Notes: generated from the sequence alone by a model not told the origin. Shown: positions 38,524 through 51,960, numbered from the stretch's first letter. The stretch is 64,000 nt of DNA from Harriotta raleighana (GCA_050575255.1 JBNZDD010013686.1:2299155-2363154), one strand, 5' to 3'. Numbers and translations: made by a program.

Positions 38524-38834
38524 TTCCATGTTCGCAAATTATCTTTGAGAATGTAGGAGAAATGTGCACCCTATTGATTGTATACTATACTTGTTGTTTA
38601 ACTGTATTGTGCCTTAATAAGCCACCAACAGGGGCAGTGGTTGCACATAACAAGATAACAGGAGTACTGATGGAAGCATTGCTTGAGTGTAAGCCTAGAT
38701 GGCACACTTGTCACATTTTTCTTTATTACCACATTCAGCATGAACTCATATGAACAGTAATGGGAATGAAAGAGACAAAAAATTACATCTTGCACTGTAA
38801 ATACCTGTATTTACCAAAAGTATACACAAATCTC

Positions 38835-38999
38835 CCCCAAGCTCTGGAATCTGCCTCCTTTATCCCTCCACCTTGCCCCTTTCTTTCCTATCTTCATCTT
38901 CAATGATGCCTACAGTCACCACCCCCAGTCCTCCCAGCTGGGCCTTGTGTCAAGCTCTCTGGGACACTAGTGTGACGAGGGTTGCTATTTAAGTTGTTG
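38835..38999 (+). mobile_element. Decayed L2 3' end
   Basis: CCCAAGCTCTGGAAT (PKLWN), C-rich UTR, AAGCTCTCTGGGACAC...GCTATTTAAGTTGTTG. Confidence 0.55.
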
Positions 39000-39130
39000 A
39001 CTGGAGCCTACAATATCTTCTGTGATGTGATGGTTATACTGTATATACAGTACTTGGATCCAATACATTATAGTGACTTGGAGCATGTTCTCATTATATA
39101 TGTTGTGTAAGCACTAACATTTATTGATGT

Positions 39131-39440
39131 CTGGCTCAGTTGTTAGCACTCTTGTCTCTGTGTCAGTAGTTTGTGGGTTCCAAGCCCCATGTCAGGATGT
39201 GGAACTTAAGGCTGACACGCAATAACTAAACATTCTTGGTGATTAAATCCTTCCGATGAGATGTTAACAGAAGTCCCATCTGCCTGTTTATGTGGATTAT
39301 AAAGATTCCAGTACACCATTAAAAAAAAGGAAATATCTTTTCCTGGTCAACAAGCCCCCAGATAAAATTAGTCATTCACCTCTTGCCTATAAATCTTGTT
39401 AAGTGCTTTGAGAAATCCTCCTGACATACAAGGCACTATG
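39131..39440 (+). mobile_element. Older DeuSINE (SacSINE1-like)
   Basis: CTGGCTCAGTTGTTAGCACTCTTGTCTCTG...TGGGTTCCAAG head matches 19383-19440; GATGAGATGTTAA...CCCATCTGCCTG core; AGTGCTTTGAGA tail. Confidence 0.78.
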
Positions 39441-40799
39441 CCCAATTTAAAGATGATGAGTGTAATTATTACACTTTAACTACAAATTAAGATACCTAAA
39501 TTAAGAATAAAATGTCTGCATAATCTTAAAAATGCCAAGGAATCTGAAGAGCCTCATCCATGGAATCACTGAATTTTAAAATACAACTTTAGCTGGACTG
39601 CAGGTAATTTAAACTATGCATTCTCAGCTCAAAATAGGTTAGAGGAATAGAATTGTCACATTTGTTGAATAATCCTTCAAGAGCAAATTGACAATTAACA
39701 AAAGGGCCAATAAGAATAAAGAGCTGGATGTACAAAAGGACACTGGGAGTGAGGTAAAGTGTGTGTGGTTTAGAGTGATAGACAGCAATTACTAAAACAT
39801 CCTTGATTTGAATCATGTTATAATTGTGACATTTATGAATTACCCATTTCACTAGTGAGTTTGCAGAATTTTAAAATGGTGTTAGAGATGAGCAGTGGTT
39901 CAAGAACTGGAAATGCCTCCATACACATGGGTTTCGTCAGGTAAGTGATTGGGTTAATTTTAATTGTTTGACCTTTCTACTTTTACTCAACTAATTCATG
40001 TTTGCCTCATATGATTGACTAGTAGCTTTGTAACATTCTCCAAAAGATCTGCAGTTTACTGTAGTTATAGTTTTGAAAGTCCGAGATATCTGATGAGGTT
40101 TTTGTATCAACATTGGCAAAAAGGAGACACATAATAGATTTTTTATTTGTTAAAAGAAAATTGATTTGTAGTTGTAGATTGAAATGTTCTGGATATGTGT
40201 GTTTTATATTCAAAGTGTTACTTATTGAAGTATCTGAACAAATATGCCTGTAAATGCTGTGAAATCTGGAGTACTTGATGCAGATTTTGTACTGATTAGG
40301 TTTGGCAGATAGGAAACTAACCCATTAACTCCTTATACCAAATTAACATATAGAACAATGACATTTGGAAGTGCGTCATTTAAGAAACAAGATTGGATTA
40401 TCATTAATAGGGTTCTATCTGTTGAATACGCTCCACTAAATCTTAAGGTTTTTGCATGACCAAACAAAGACTTTGTGCCAATGAGAATTAAGCTACGATT
40501 TGTTTTGGTTGTTGTATAAATATGTAGCATTCATACCGCAGCCAACAAAACAACATCTTAATTCAGACTTTCTGGGTTACAAATTATAAAATGAAATTCC
40601 TTCGTCCCAAACATTATATTTCTGGATGAACCAGGCAATTCACTCATCAGTTTCCAATGTCTTTGTTTTGTAACTATTGAAATTATATTTTTAACATTTT
40701 AAATCAAATTATTTTGCACCAGTTTGAGTTCAGCTGTATTGCAAGTTGAAGTAAAGAAATTCTGTTTGAATTGTCAGTACCAAAATCAACCTTCTGAAA

Positions 40800-41309
40800 A
40801 TAATAGGAGGCAAATCTAGTCTTGGTACCTCAATCTTAAGTGGAGTGAACGTACAGAGAGATCTGGGTGTTCAAGTAAGCAAATCATTAAAGGTAGCAGG
40901 GCAGGTATATAACGCAGTAAAAAAGGCATTGGTGTACTGAGCTTTATTAGTAGGGGCATAGAGTATAAGAGTAGGGAGGTTATGGTTAATCTATACAAAA
41001 CACTGGTTAGGCCTCAGCTGGAGTATTGCGTCCAGTTCTCGGCACCTTTCTTCTGGAAGGACATTAATGCACTGGAAAGGGTGCAGAGGAGATTCACGAG
41101 AATGATACCAGGAATGGGGAGGTCCGATTCGATAGCAGCTTTTAAGAGAGAACTGGATAGGTATCTGGGGAAGACGGGTTTGCAGGGTTATGGGGAGAAA
41201 GCTGGTGATTGGGGTTAATGAAAGTGACATTGCTCTGTCAAAGAGCCGGCACAGACTCGATGGGCCGAATGGCCTCCTTCCGTGCCGTAACATTCTATGA
41301 ATCTATGAA
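40800..41309 (+). mobile_element. CR1 LINE 3' fragment with internal deletion of about 265 bp
   Basis: QRDLGV...[29 protein letters not shown]...LERVQRRFTRMIPG...FKRELDRYL; 3' UTR and TTCTATGAATCTATGAA terminus. Confidence 0.95.
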
Positions 41310-42155
41310 AAAAACAACTCCTAGTATGGGCTGAAACCTGAATACTATATTGAGGAGTGCTGTGCTTCAGGTGACCTGAATGATTTAGTTTATCTATGTG
41401 TTAGCACATTTCTTTCCCAATGAAACAAATCAAAATACTGTATAGCAATTCCATTTTACTTTAAGTTTCTAATGTATTGCAGGCTAATGGAAAATACATT
41501 TTAGCTGGCATGAGAGCCCATCCAATGCAATAATCTGCAGTAAGTCACCATTAATTGGTCACTGTGTTCCCAGCTTGTAGTACCTCAAAATTCCATTCAA
41601 ATAGTGTGTGAAATGAACCAACATTATCTACGCAATACACCTGTCTTCCATCTGTGATTCCAGAGCATAGAATGTGTACTGTGTTATTTTTTGGGTAATT
41701 GCTGTTATCTGTGTTATAGCATGACCATGGACTGAATTATCCAAACAAAGAATTATAATCTTGTTTCAGAATGTGGGAGTCTGCAGTACTTTGTGCATGC
41801 ACTGTATACTGATTGGATTCAATGCAAATCTAGCTAGGTGGCAGGTAAATTAAACTCTCCCTTGTGTGGAGAGAAAAATTTGCAGTCTGAGCTGCATCCT
41901 CTGTAACAGTTTGAGCTCTTCTATTTCAAAACTAAATGATGTTGATTGCACCAACTAAGAATGACAACCATTTGGGCTCAATACTGAACTGATTTGTTGG
42001 CTCACACCTTGTTGGCATAAATGATCCATGTTATAGGCTGACATTGATTAATGTCTGTAATCTTCAAGCCAAGAGTCCTCACTTACACTGGATATTTAGG
42101 ATAATGAGCACCACTTAATGCATAACAGCACATTCTGCGCTGAAGTTTCACAGGA

Positions 42156-42486
42156 GTGGAGCTCCTGTGGCTCAGTGATTAGACCACTCGCCTTACAAGC
42201 GTGAGACCTGTGTTCGAATCCAGGCAGATCAGGGCGAAACCTTGGGCAAGTTTCCTTCATCCACATGCCTAATAATATTCCCTCCAAAAAAACCAACAAT
42301 AATAAAATTGGTCATTTCAATCCATGACTGTTTGGGGGACACTGCTGTGCGCAATTGGCTGCTTCGTTCTGCCCACAAATATACAGTCAATTCACTTTAC
42401 AGTATATTCTGTGAAGCACTTCGGGACATCGATAAGATGTGAAAAGCACTATATCAAATGCAAGGATTATTATTATTATTATTATT
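42156..42486 (+). mobile_element. tRNA-derived SINE, full length, best-preserved copy
   Basis: TGGCTCAGTGA A box, GTTCGAATCC B box, core, stem-loop ACATCGATAAGATGT, (ATT)7 tail. Confidence 0.97.
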
Positions 42487-43609
42487 CTATGCCAGGTCTG
42501 TTCTAGATTGTCCATAGGATTTTGGAAAAGTAGGTTTATGCACAGCTTGTATGTTTATTAGATGTGGGCAGATCTTTCGATCCCCATGCCCGATTCATAG
42601 TTACCGTATCATATCTTTATTTCTCAAATACTGTATTTGTCTATCATACTTATAAACATCATTATTAGTTTTGCCACTAAATGTTTTCTGGGGCATATCA
42701 TTCCACAGCTTCACAGTTCTATTTTGTGTGTTTTTTAAATATATATATTTAGAAACTTTCTGATGGGCGGTTATAAAGACTCACTTACCCTTAGGCATTT
42801 CATTATTGCCCCCAGAGAGGGATAGCTGGGGATAGGTCTGCTGGAGAGAGTCTAACTCGTGTATTTTGGCTACAAGAGCTCTATGATTGCCTTGCACATG
42901 GATTTTCCTAAACCTCTCAGGATACAATGTTCCCCTTATCAGAAGAACAAAGGCTTATGCAATGCAAATATGCACATTGTTGTTATTTTCTTCTATGTCT
43001 AATATGAATGTCCCCCATGAACTCGGATATGAATTACTCCATATAATGATCTGGATGGGTAAATGAGTAAAGACACTCTCAATGCACCTTCACATGTATC
43101 CAAAAGAAGTGGCGAGAAAATTTCAGAACCGTGTATCTCTCCGCTGACTTTTCTTGGGCAGTGTTCTAATGCGGTCTCGTAGCTGGGAACAGAGTCAACT
43201 ATCGAAAGTAGAATGATCATTGGAAGTTCACCCAGGCATTGCAGATAATGCTATGTAAATCTGAGACTACTTCCAAGTTCATTGAAAATGACTCTGTTCT
43301 GATAATGTAATAAGATTGCACTTTGGGGAGCACAATTTTCAATGTGCATGTAATCTGTTATTCCTAGTGCCCTGGAGAAGCTAAATTGGATATAAAATCA
43401 GATGAGTGTCTGGTGCTGTTGTCTTGCATTAGGAAAACAAAACATGGTGATCCATCTTTGAGCAAGCTGCATTATCAGGCTTATATTATTCAATATGACA
43501 GATTGTCTAAAGCTTGAAATTGTGTATGAGTTGCAAGAGTAATTTGGCAGTGACTTTATTTTAGGTAGACATCGGTAACTCACTGTATATTTGTAATGGT
43601 GTAACTCAC

Positions 43610-43667
43610 TGCTTTGGGATGTCCTCCTGATATGAAAAGTGCCATGTAAATACAATTTGTTATTGTA
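43610..43667 (+). mobile_element. L2 tail-only fragment
   Basis: TGCTTTGGGATGTCCTCCTGATATGAAAAGTGCCATGTAAATACAATTTGTTATTG. Confidence 0.75.
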
Positions 43668-45744
43668 TTTCTGCATCAACCTTCACCCTTGCAGGAGTTA
43701 AAGATCCTCTACATAAAAATTTTAAAAAAATTGAAAACAGATTTTTCCTACAGGACCAAAAATAAACTCTCACTATATCATGGACCCACTCATTTATTCC
43801 CCCGAGTAAAGGTTCTTAAAAGCTCCTCTCTTCTGAAGTAAGATGGAGGAAAAAAAATGTTATCTGAAATTATCACCATAAGTAAACTCCCAAATAACAG
43901 ACTTCACATCTGACTTTATACCCCATAGTGCAGGATGATAATTCCTCATTGCCTTTATTGGCTTGAGGTAAAAATTAACCATTGCCAAGTTGATTCTGTA
44001 CTTTGAAACTGCCAACTTTTATTTAAAGACCCACGCATACTCCATCCTCAATTTCAATTGTATAGTATAAACATATTGGAGAGAGGGAAATACATTGTAT
44101 TTATCCAAAGGAAATCCCTATTAAAACTCTGGTCACAGTGTTTGTTGTCTTAACAGTTTAAAGTTTGTATTCATCTAAAAGCATTTACATTCAACACAGC
44201 CTGTCTTTCTATGTAGAATTCACAGATTCTAAATTACCATTCAACATTATTTGTCTTTGCAGCATCAGCAACAATTATGTTCTGTGGGGGAGAGAAACTA
44301 AATGCTTCCCAGCAAGTTGCAATGTTCCAATTACTTAATTAAAAACAGAAACAGCAAAGTATCTGGCTCAGTGACATCAGCATGCAAACCACAAAACAAA
44401 TGTAAATTACAGTTTTTATGAATCACTTCGGTGCTTGCACATCCCTAATTACAACAAAGAACTACCAATCATCCTATAGTTTACAGCAGAAACCTGAATC
44501 AACTAACATTTCTGTTCATTTTGCTTTGAGGCCTGATCACATCTGGTTCAGCTATTCAGTTCATGGCTCGCATTATATTTCTTTATCATTTACCAAGGGT
44601 AGTACTTTATAGTGTTTGACCTTCACAATGATTTAGAGGTGGCAATCTAAAGTCTTCACCTGTTCCTCTCCCACCCTTCCTCCTCCTTCCACGCGCACAC
44701 TATGTATGAAAATAATTAAATCTAGAAGGATTAAAGTGGTGGAGCCCCCAGCGCAACATAATTGGTGTTTTTGCAGCTGTTATTGTAGAATTGTCATATT
44801 TTAGGGGCCTGGAGAGGCATAATTAATTTAATCATTTGATTACTTAAGTTGAAAATCCAATGTCAGATCTGCAGTTGAGTTTATAGAATCAATGTCTCAA
44901 ACTGAGCTTGCTGGAGATTTGGCACTCTTGGTATCGAAATTGGGCTATTCCTCAATGTCTTCCACTTTCTCAATTAAGGAATGCTGCTATGATGTGTTTG
45001 GAAATGCCCTCCACGACTTATGACTAACACTTACCATTTTAAAGGGCTGAGAAAGGCTGGCCAGTTCAGATTCAAGAAAGGAGTAGGTGGGAGGGTTAGA
45101 ATCCTACTTCACATGAGCAATTTACTCATCCAAATTCAGTAAAACCACCTGTGTGACCAACTCGACCACAACTGACAGTATTACATTTTTTTTAAATTGA
45201 GTACATTTTCTAAAGAAATGCTGTGACATACAGTGATAATAAATTACTGTCTGAGAAAACCGACCAGATTTCAATGACAATTTAACAGAATACAAAAAGC
45301 CTTGTGTTATTCTTGGCTGTTCCACTTTCCTACACATGTCCGGAGAAATAATTAGTGCCTTTTCCGCTGACAGTCTCTGTAATGTTTTGAATTAAAAGCA
45401 GTCGTAGCTCAAATTTCTAAGTACAGAGCTGGTAATCTTTCACACACTTGGAGAATAGAGGAGAATTATTCCTCCATTTTAAATCACTGGGTGGAATAAT
45501 CCCCTAAATGCCATACTGATTTTACATAGAGCAGAAAAATACTCAAATTTTTTTTTTTAACAAAGTGTGGAAAGGCAGATTGTCTGATCCCTGGTTTATC
45601 CATGTGCACTTAACACTGATGTTTGGCGACTACAATAATGCATTTGGACATATTACTCACTCAGGTTTTCCTCATTCATCAGACTTAATATCCATCAACC
45701 GTTTTCTTATTGTTGGAACTGTACCCAAAACATTGCTTCAGACT

Positions 45745-45858
45745 TGAAGGGATATGGGAATAAGGCAGGGTAGTGGGATTGGATCAGTGGGATTGACTCT
45801 GAAAGCCAGTGCAGACTCAATGGACTGTAGGCTTTCTCTGCTGTTAATTTCTACGATT
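45745..45858 (+). mobile_element. CR1 3' end remnant
   Basis: AAGGGATATGGGAATAAGGCAGG (KGYGNKAG), AAAGCCAGTGCAGACTCAATGGAC..., TTTCTACGATT terminus. Confidence 0.65.
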
Positions 45859-46781
45859 TACATTCTGCTCCTGAGGCAACTTATTTTCTTCATTTGTTTA
45901 CTCCCCAATGTTTCCCTCTTCCCAATCAGTCTTGTTCCAATCTTCAGATTGTGATGCTGGTTCTTTACTGTGCTGTGGTAAAGGCGGTTCTGGGATGCTG
46001 AGTGCTGTGAGTTCTGGGCACTATAATGTGAGATAGGGAACACCCACACGCCAAAAGGCAGTAAAGAGGATAAATTTAGGTGGATTCCCAAATAAGTGTC
46101 CAGCCATAGGTGCTGAACCAATTTTAGCATCTCAGTTATTGCTCTGGATTCAGATTAACCGAACTTTACTCAGACTTTCAATTGAACTTTCTCAGTTTGT
46201 GTGGCTTAGTAATGCATTGATTTGGGTGGTGTGTGTACCCACAAGATCAATGCGGAATTTGCTTTGCTGATTCCTTAAGCAAAGAATCCACTTTAGTTGC
46301 TTAGTCTGACATTTTAATGGAATTATGTAATATTTTATTTATGGATCACACAAAGGAGACTTGTTGTTGCATTAATTCAATTGATGCTACTTGAACAAAA
46401 TTTAAACTGTCAGAAAACTAGTGACCGTTAGTAGTGGTGAGTCATCAGTGGCAATCAATGAATCAAGGAATTAAGCAATAACAGACTGTGTTTAAACTGC
46501 AAAGCAAGTAATATTAATTTAGGTACATGCTGAAATTTTGTGTGTATTGTTTTAGTTAAGATGGAAGGATAATTTAACATTGCATCTGTAAAACACTGGT
46601 TGACTATCCACATTTTGTGCGGTTCTGTATTTGCCATTCTTAAACCAGAACAATTCTTCTTTTAATTTTTTTTTAGTTCTAAACATAACAGTAAAGTGGC
46701 AAGATACTATTTATATTAACGCATATCAAACTGGAGGAAAGGTATTGCAGTTTCAGATGTTTAGAAATTTATCAGTCCTGA

Positions 46782-46945
46782 GGTAGGGGGAGGGAGTTGA
46801 CCATAAGCATAATCGACAAGGCAAGTCTTCAAGCATGCACTGAAAAACAGGAAGGAGGAGGAAAAGTAGCGAGATTAAGATAGAATTCCAAAGTTTACGG
46901 GTGGAGTGGCTGAAAGCATGATTGATGATGGTGTGGAAGAGGGAC
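46782..46945 (-). mobile_element. Decayed L2 3' fragment
   Basis: Minus strand HAFSHSTRKLWNS, GTCTTCAAG, purine-rich UTR complement. Confidence 0.6.
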
Positions 46946-47729
46946 AAGCAGTGCAAGTGAAATGTGGTTTTAAGTTTTTATTTCAATTCTTGTCTTTCAA
47001 CACCTTGCTGCCTTGAGCTGTGCAAAAAGTCTCTGACCTTAGCAACCTATCCTCTTACCTAGCAACTGCTCTTCAATCCATCTTATTACAGTAATTTGGG
47101 ATCCTGGAAATGCACTGCTGTCTTTTGCTCTCAGTTCATTCACAGCCAATGCACATTCATGTATTGAATAAATGGTCCCTCTTCTACAAACCAGAGCTTT
47201 TATGTTACGCACAAAACAGAGAAAATCAAAAGTCAAGTGTTGCATATACATCTCTCCAATGGATCCACCTGAAAAAAGCATGATCAATTTAAATACATTA
47301 TTAAAGTTAAAACAAACTGATCGGATATGTAGAGGATTTTCTTTTAATGTAGCTTAAAGTAATGCCATAAAATAAATGACACTGTTAAGGTTATCACAAC
47401 AAAAACGGATATCGGTGGAATAGGCAGTTGGATTATAAACTGTGATCTTTTTGCTTGAAATGTTTTTATTTTCTGCTTTAGCTCCCAGCATTGTAATACA
47501 TTCATTGCTAGGTTTTCAAGGTGATCTTCCACGTGATTTCTCTGCCACTTTCTGATACTCTCTGATAAAGTAGTATCTTAAATGTTAGTGAGCATCCTCT
47601 TAACTGGCCAAACATGCTTTGAAAATAATCTTAGTAAAAAATTATTATACTATGTGCTTTAGCTGAATACAATCCAAACTCTGCAATTCACACTCCTTGA
47701 TCTCTCATCCCTAAAGAGTATGTGTGCGA

Positions 47730-47772
47730 GGGGGGGGGAGGGGAGGGGGGGGGGTGAGAGGGGGTTGTGGGG
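47730..47772 (+). repeat. Poly-G tract with G-quadruplex potential
   Basis: Five G-runs of 4 or more with short linkers. Confidence 0.8.
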
Positions 47773-47866
47773 CAATGCTCTAAAGTAAGCTTTAGCCCAA
47801 CCTACTTGGCTCCCAATATTTGGTTAAACAGGGACCAAGGAAGTTTCCAAGAATCTGTGCAAATTT

Positions 47867-48025
47867 TAATAGGAATCCTTGAATGTCACATAGCACCTCA
47901 TCACACCTTCGCGACATCTTAAAGTGCTTCACGGAATAAACTGTAAAGTGAATTGACTGTATATTTTGCAGGCGAAACGCAGCAGTGTCCCACAAATAGT
48001 CGAGAATTGATTGATCAATTTTTTT
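47867..48025 (-). mobile_element. SINE 3' half
   Basis: AAAGTGCTTCACGGAATAAACTGTAAAGTGAATTGACTGTATATT...GCAGTGTCCCACAAA. Confidence 0.88.
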
Positions 48026-49143
48026 GAAGGCATTATTCCCCCTGGAAAAACAAACCATAAAGAAGCCTTCCTTTATTGTACACCTTAAAAATCTATCATC
48101 CAAGCAATATTTCCAACTGTGCAGTGTCTTGGGATCAGTTGACATACGTTCTAGTTTTAATTGAATCAGATGACATCTGACACTGCTTCATATTTGCAGG
48201 TATTTAACAAATTGGTATCCAGATCATTTGATGAACCCAAGAGATTTAATTTCTACTCCAAGCATAATTAAATCTGTATCAACTGAGAATCATTTATTTT
48301 TAGAAGTAATTGCTAACCTTTACAGTGCTTTTTGAATACATGAGGCAAAAAAGCTTGTTAATAATTTTTCACCAGCCTGTGGGAGGGCAATTTTAATTGT
48401 GTTCTATTTTATTTCAAAGAAGCATCCCTCTATCCAGTGTCAGAATCAAATAGCCCTGAGTTATGTGCAGCAAGAGGAATTACCTACTCTCTAATTTGCC
48501 TTAAAATGCCAGTTGTAGAAAGGAATTGCTATCGCACCACCACAATAGTTTTTCATTGCTCACACCAGCCATATGTCTGTCCTCTCCAACTGATAACGTG
48601 CATGTCCAAACTGTGGTCATTTTGTTTCCTCTAGGAACATATTTTATGCGGGAAGCTGATACTCAGCAGAGATTTTCATCCTACAATCCCAAACTGGATC
48701 CAAACCGAGTCATTAAAGATGGCACTCCATTAGTCAGCTCAGTCTATTTATCCCAAATTGAATATTTTTACAATTTTTATTAATAAACCAATGTATTGTA
48801 ACAGAATATAGATTTCATTGGATCTAAAGATGTATAGTGTGATAAGATTTCTTAACTTCAGAGATTTTTGTTTGGCAGCAGATAAAAGATGAACTACTTC
48901 ATACACTTAAGTATTTTCTCAGATTGTTTTTTCCATATATTCAACCAAGTTATAATCAACAGTATTTGAGCTTTTTTTGTGCTTCCAAAAACTTTGGCAT
49001 TGTTTCTTTCCAGAATTAACTTCAAGAACTTAAGTTAATCCTTTCACTCTCCATGGTTGCTTTTAAAATTTAGCAGAGTGACAGTATATTCATATGAATC
49101 CCATACCATGGAGGTTTGTGCATCCATTGTTGTTATAAACCAC

Positions 49144-49320
49144 AATAATAAAATTGGTCATTTTAATCCACGACTGTTTGTGGGACATTGCTATGCGCAA
49201 ATGGCTACCGCATTTCGCCCACAAATATACAGTCAATTCACTTTACAGTATATTCTGTGAAGCGCTTTGAGACGCCGATAAGATGTGAAAAATACTATCA
49301 AATGCAAGGATTATTATTAT
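49144..49320 (+). mobile_element. SINE 3' half
   Basis: AAATTGGTCATTTTAATCCACGACTGTTTGTGGGAC...AGCGCTTTGAGACGCCGATAAGATGTG...GGATTATTATTAT. Confidence 0.95.
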
Positions 49321-50647
49321 ATGGTCACTTGACTCATTAGTGTGGGTCCTTTATAACTTTGCATTAAAATCTACATAAATAACATCTTAATTTACATACT
49401 GTACCTTGGTTTATGCATGTAATGTTTTTTCTTTCCAAAGTTACATGCATTTCTTCAGCAAATGTAATAAGATTCCAACTCCTTGTGGGACCAAGTACAC
49501 ACGGTTTTCAGTGGATTAAACCGATGTAGAATTGATAATCTGATTTACTAGATAACCTCTTGTTTTTTTTCTCATATAACTGAATAATTGAGAAAGTGAG
49601 GCAATAGCATGATAAATCATCATTAGAATAACATTGAAAGAATAAATGTGTGTATCGTATCAATTGAGATATCCATATTCCCAGATAACTGCAATGCAAA
49701 GGTATTCATTGTGACGCTTATAGTGGGGTCAAGTTGAAGATGGACTAACTGGGAGCCTAAATGCTGCAGGATGGCAATTTCTGATGCCAGGCTTTTATTT
49801 TCTGCATATATATTTGGATGTGTAGGCTACCACTCAAAGGTTTAAAAATCTTAATCTATATCTATTTTAACTTAAACGTTATATATGTTGTGTATATATA
49901 TTATACGTTGTATGTATAATATGTATATTGAAGGAAACGTGAATAGATCAAGGAGTAGGTATTCCAGTAAATAGTACTACAGAATCAAAAGTTTACATTT
50001 GGAAAACAATTCATTGCTTGGTTTAAGATATTGACTTACTTCGAGGATTGTAATAGCATGAAAGGAATTTGGAAAAAATGGAAAGACCATCTTAGCCCTA
50101 AATAATATTTTTTTTAAAAACAAATCAATCTCTCAACCTCTTCAATTGATTTCTTGCCAAATAGTTCTCTAATTGGCCCTTAAATTTGCTGACACAATCT
50201 ACCACAGTAAATCAGGTTCAAAAGTTGCATTATTGGGATAAAATTCTTCACAGAGATAAACATAGCCCTGGTAATTGTCGCAGATCAGATAAGACATCAA
50301 CAAATTCATGGGATGTAGAAAGCAAACAAATCTGTGTGCTAGCAGTTAGTAACAATATTATATTGATTTCTACACAGGACACATTGAGATGAAAGCAAAC
50401 ACTAGCAGTGCACTCGATCCTCACAAAAAGGTGTTGGATAATACACTGTCTACCATCGATCTTCTAAAATGATCATGTCTAGAATTGGAACAAAATCTAC
50501 CATTCCCATGTTGGGAGCTGGGTAATATATTTTAAAGGGATATTCAAATGATATGTATTTTGATAAGGTTTTAATTTGAAGCACACCACAGCAAATATCG
50601 ACTGGAAAAGTAGAGTAAAAGCTGCAACACTAAATTGTATCTATTGA

Positions 50648-50666
50648 TGGTCAATAGGGGGCAGCA
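50648..50666 (+). promoter_or_regulatory. CTCF core motif (forward orientation)
   Basis: TGGTCAATAGGGGGCAGCA; motif match only. Confidence 0.45.
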
Positions 50667-51960
50667 CTGAGGTAGGATATGCAAACTTTTTATATAATCA
50701 GAATATTCTCAACTATGGAACATAAAATGGAAAGAGGATTTGTATTTGTGCGCTTTAGGCTAAATACAATCTTATTAAAGTTGAAGGAAGTGCTTAAATC
50801 CATTTAAACTTCCCTCTCCTTGCAACTAATTGCAGTTTAGACTAATTTAAACTTTTAAACTAGTCGCACCATTTCAGGGAAGAGAATTTTGATAGCAATA
50901 GTTAGATTTGAGCTGGAAAAAGTCAGTGTTATGAAATATAACACTAGTTGATTTAAAAGGAAATTTATTCCACCCTTCGACAAGTGACACTGAGACACAA
51001 GCTGCCTGACTAACTGCTCACATCAGTGTTTCTGTTGCCCCATCCCCACCTCTCCTCAGGAACCCCAAGCTACCTGCCAAAAAGCAAAGCAACTGTAGTA
51101 CACAGGTTTGACAAACCTGAGGATATCTACCCTCTTTGTTTACAGTGCCATGTACAAGAAATTTATGAATATGTATGGCAAGGCCCACAAAACACAGGAT
51201 AAAATTAAGATCAATGTGTAAGTCAAATTACAAAACATAACCAAGCTTTGCAATATACACATAAAGCAATGCACCCTTGTTCGATTGCCTTGTTACTAAG
51301 ACAACAAAACATTAAATCACACTTGAAATACCTCACTCTGAACAATAGTCAAGTAAAGATCCACTCATAGACCATGTGTAATGGAAACAACAAAGCATAC
51401 TTTTGCATCCTGTGATTTGCTTACTTTCAATTTGTTCATATTGTACATCAATGCTCAATTAATTACTTTAGTTGGAATCATGACACTTATTGTTTCTGGA
51501 TTATCGTCGCATTTGTAGAATATTGGTACACTGCATTGTTTGGTAATAAAGACAATTCACTCTTTAAACTGTGCTGCACTGATAAAAAGGGAAAGCTCAA
51601 ACCACGATGGATGATGCATTAATGGTTTGTCCCTGCTACTACATACCAAATATCAGATGAAGAAATACTCTGGTCTTTTGAAATCTCATTCTGTGGAAGT
51701 TGCTACAGACCAGTGTTGTGAATTCTTAAATTCTGATTGTTTAAACAGGTACTTGATAGTGCATTTAAAGGAAAATTGTGATTAGAACAAATTTATGAGC
51801 AAGTAAACTATTTTCTCAAATACAATAACAAAACACTAATCCTGTGACTATCAGTGCATCAGCTCATGCTCCGCTGACACTCCAGCTAGAGTTTCTGACT
51901 CGCATCTTTCTAGATCTTGTTTATCACATTTTCTTCCTTTGCTTCCTGCCAGAGAGAAAC

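Noticed and set aside
39867-39946. Plus-strand exon ending in CAG|GTAAGT
   Set aside because: Weak acceptor, unrecognised peptide, chance frequency of donors is high
40090-40115. Hammerhead ribozyme core CTGATGA
   Set aside because: No stem II followed by GAAA
42156-42230. tRNA genes at SINE heads (also 11462, 12225, 23949, 19381)
   Set aside because: A and B boxes run straight into SINE body; no complete cloverleaf or terminator
42783-42845. Minus-strand exon with AGG|GTAAGT donor
   Set aside because: Short pyrimidine tract with nearby AGs and no recognisable peptide
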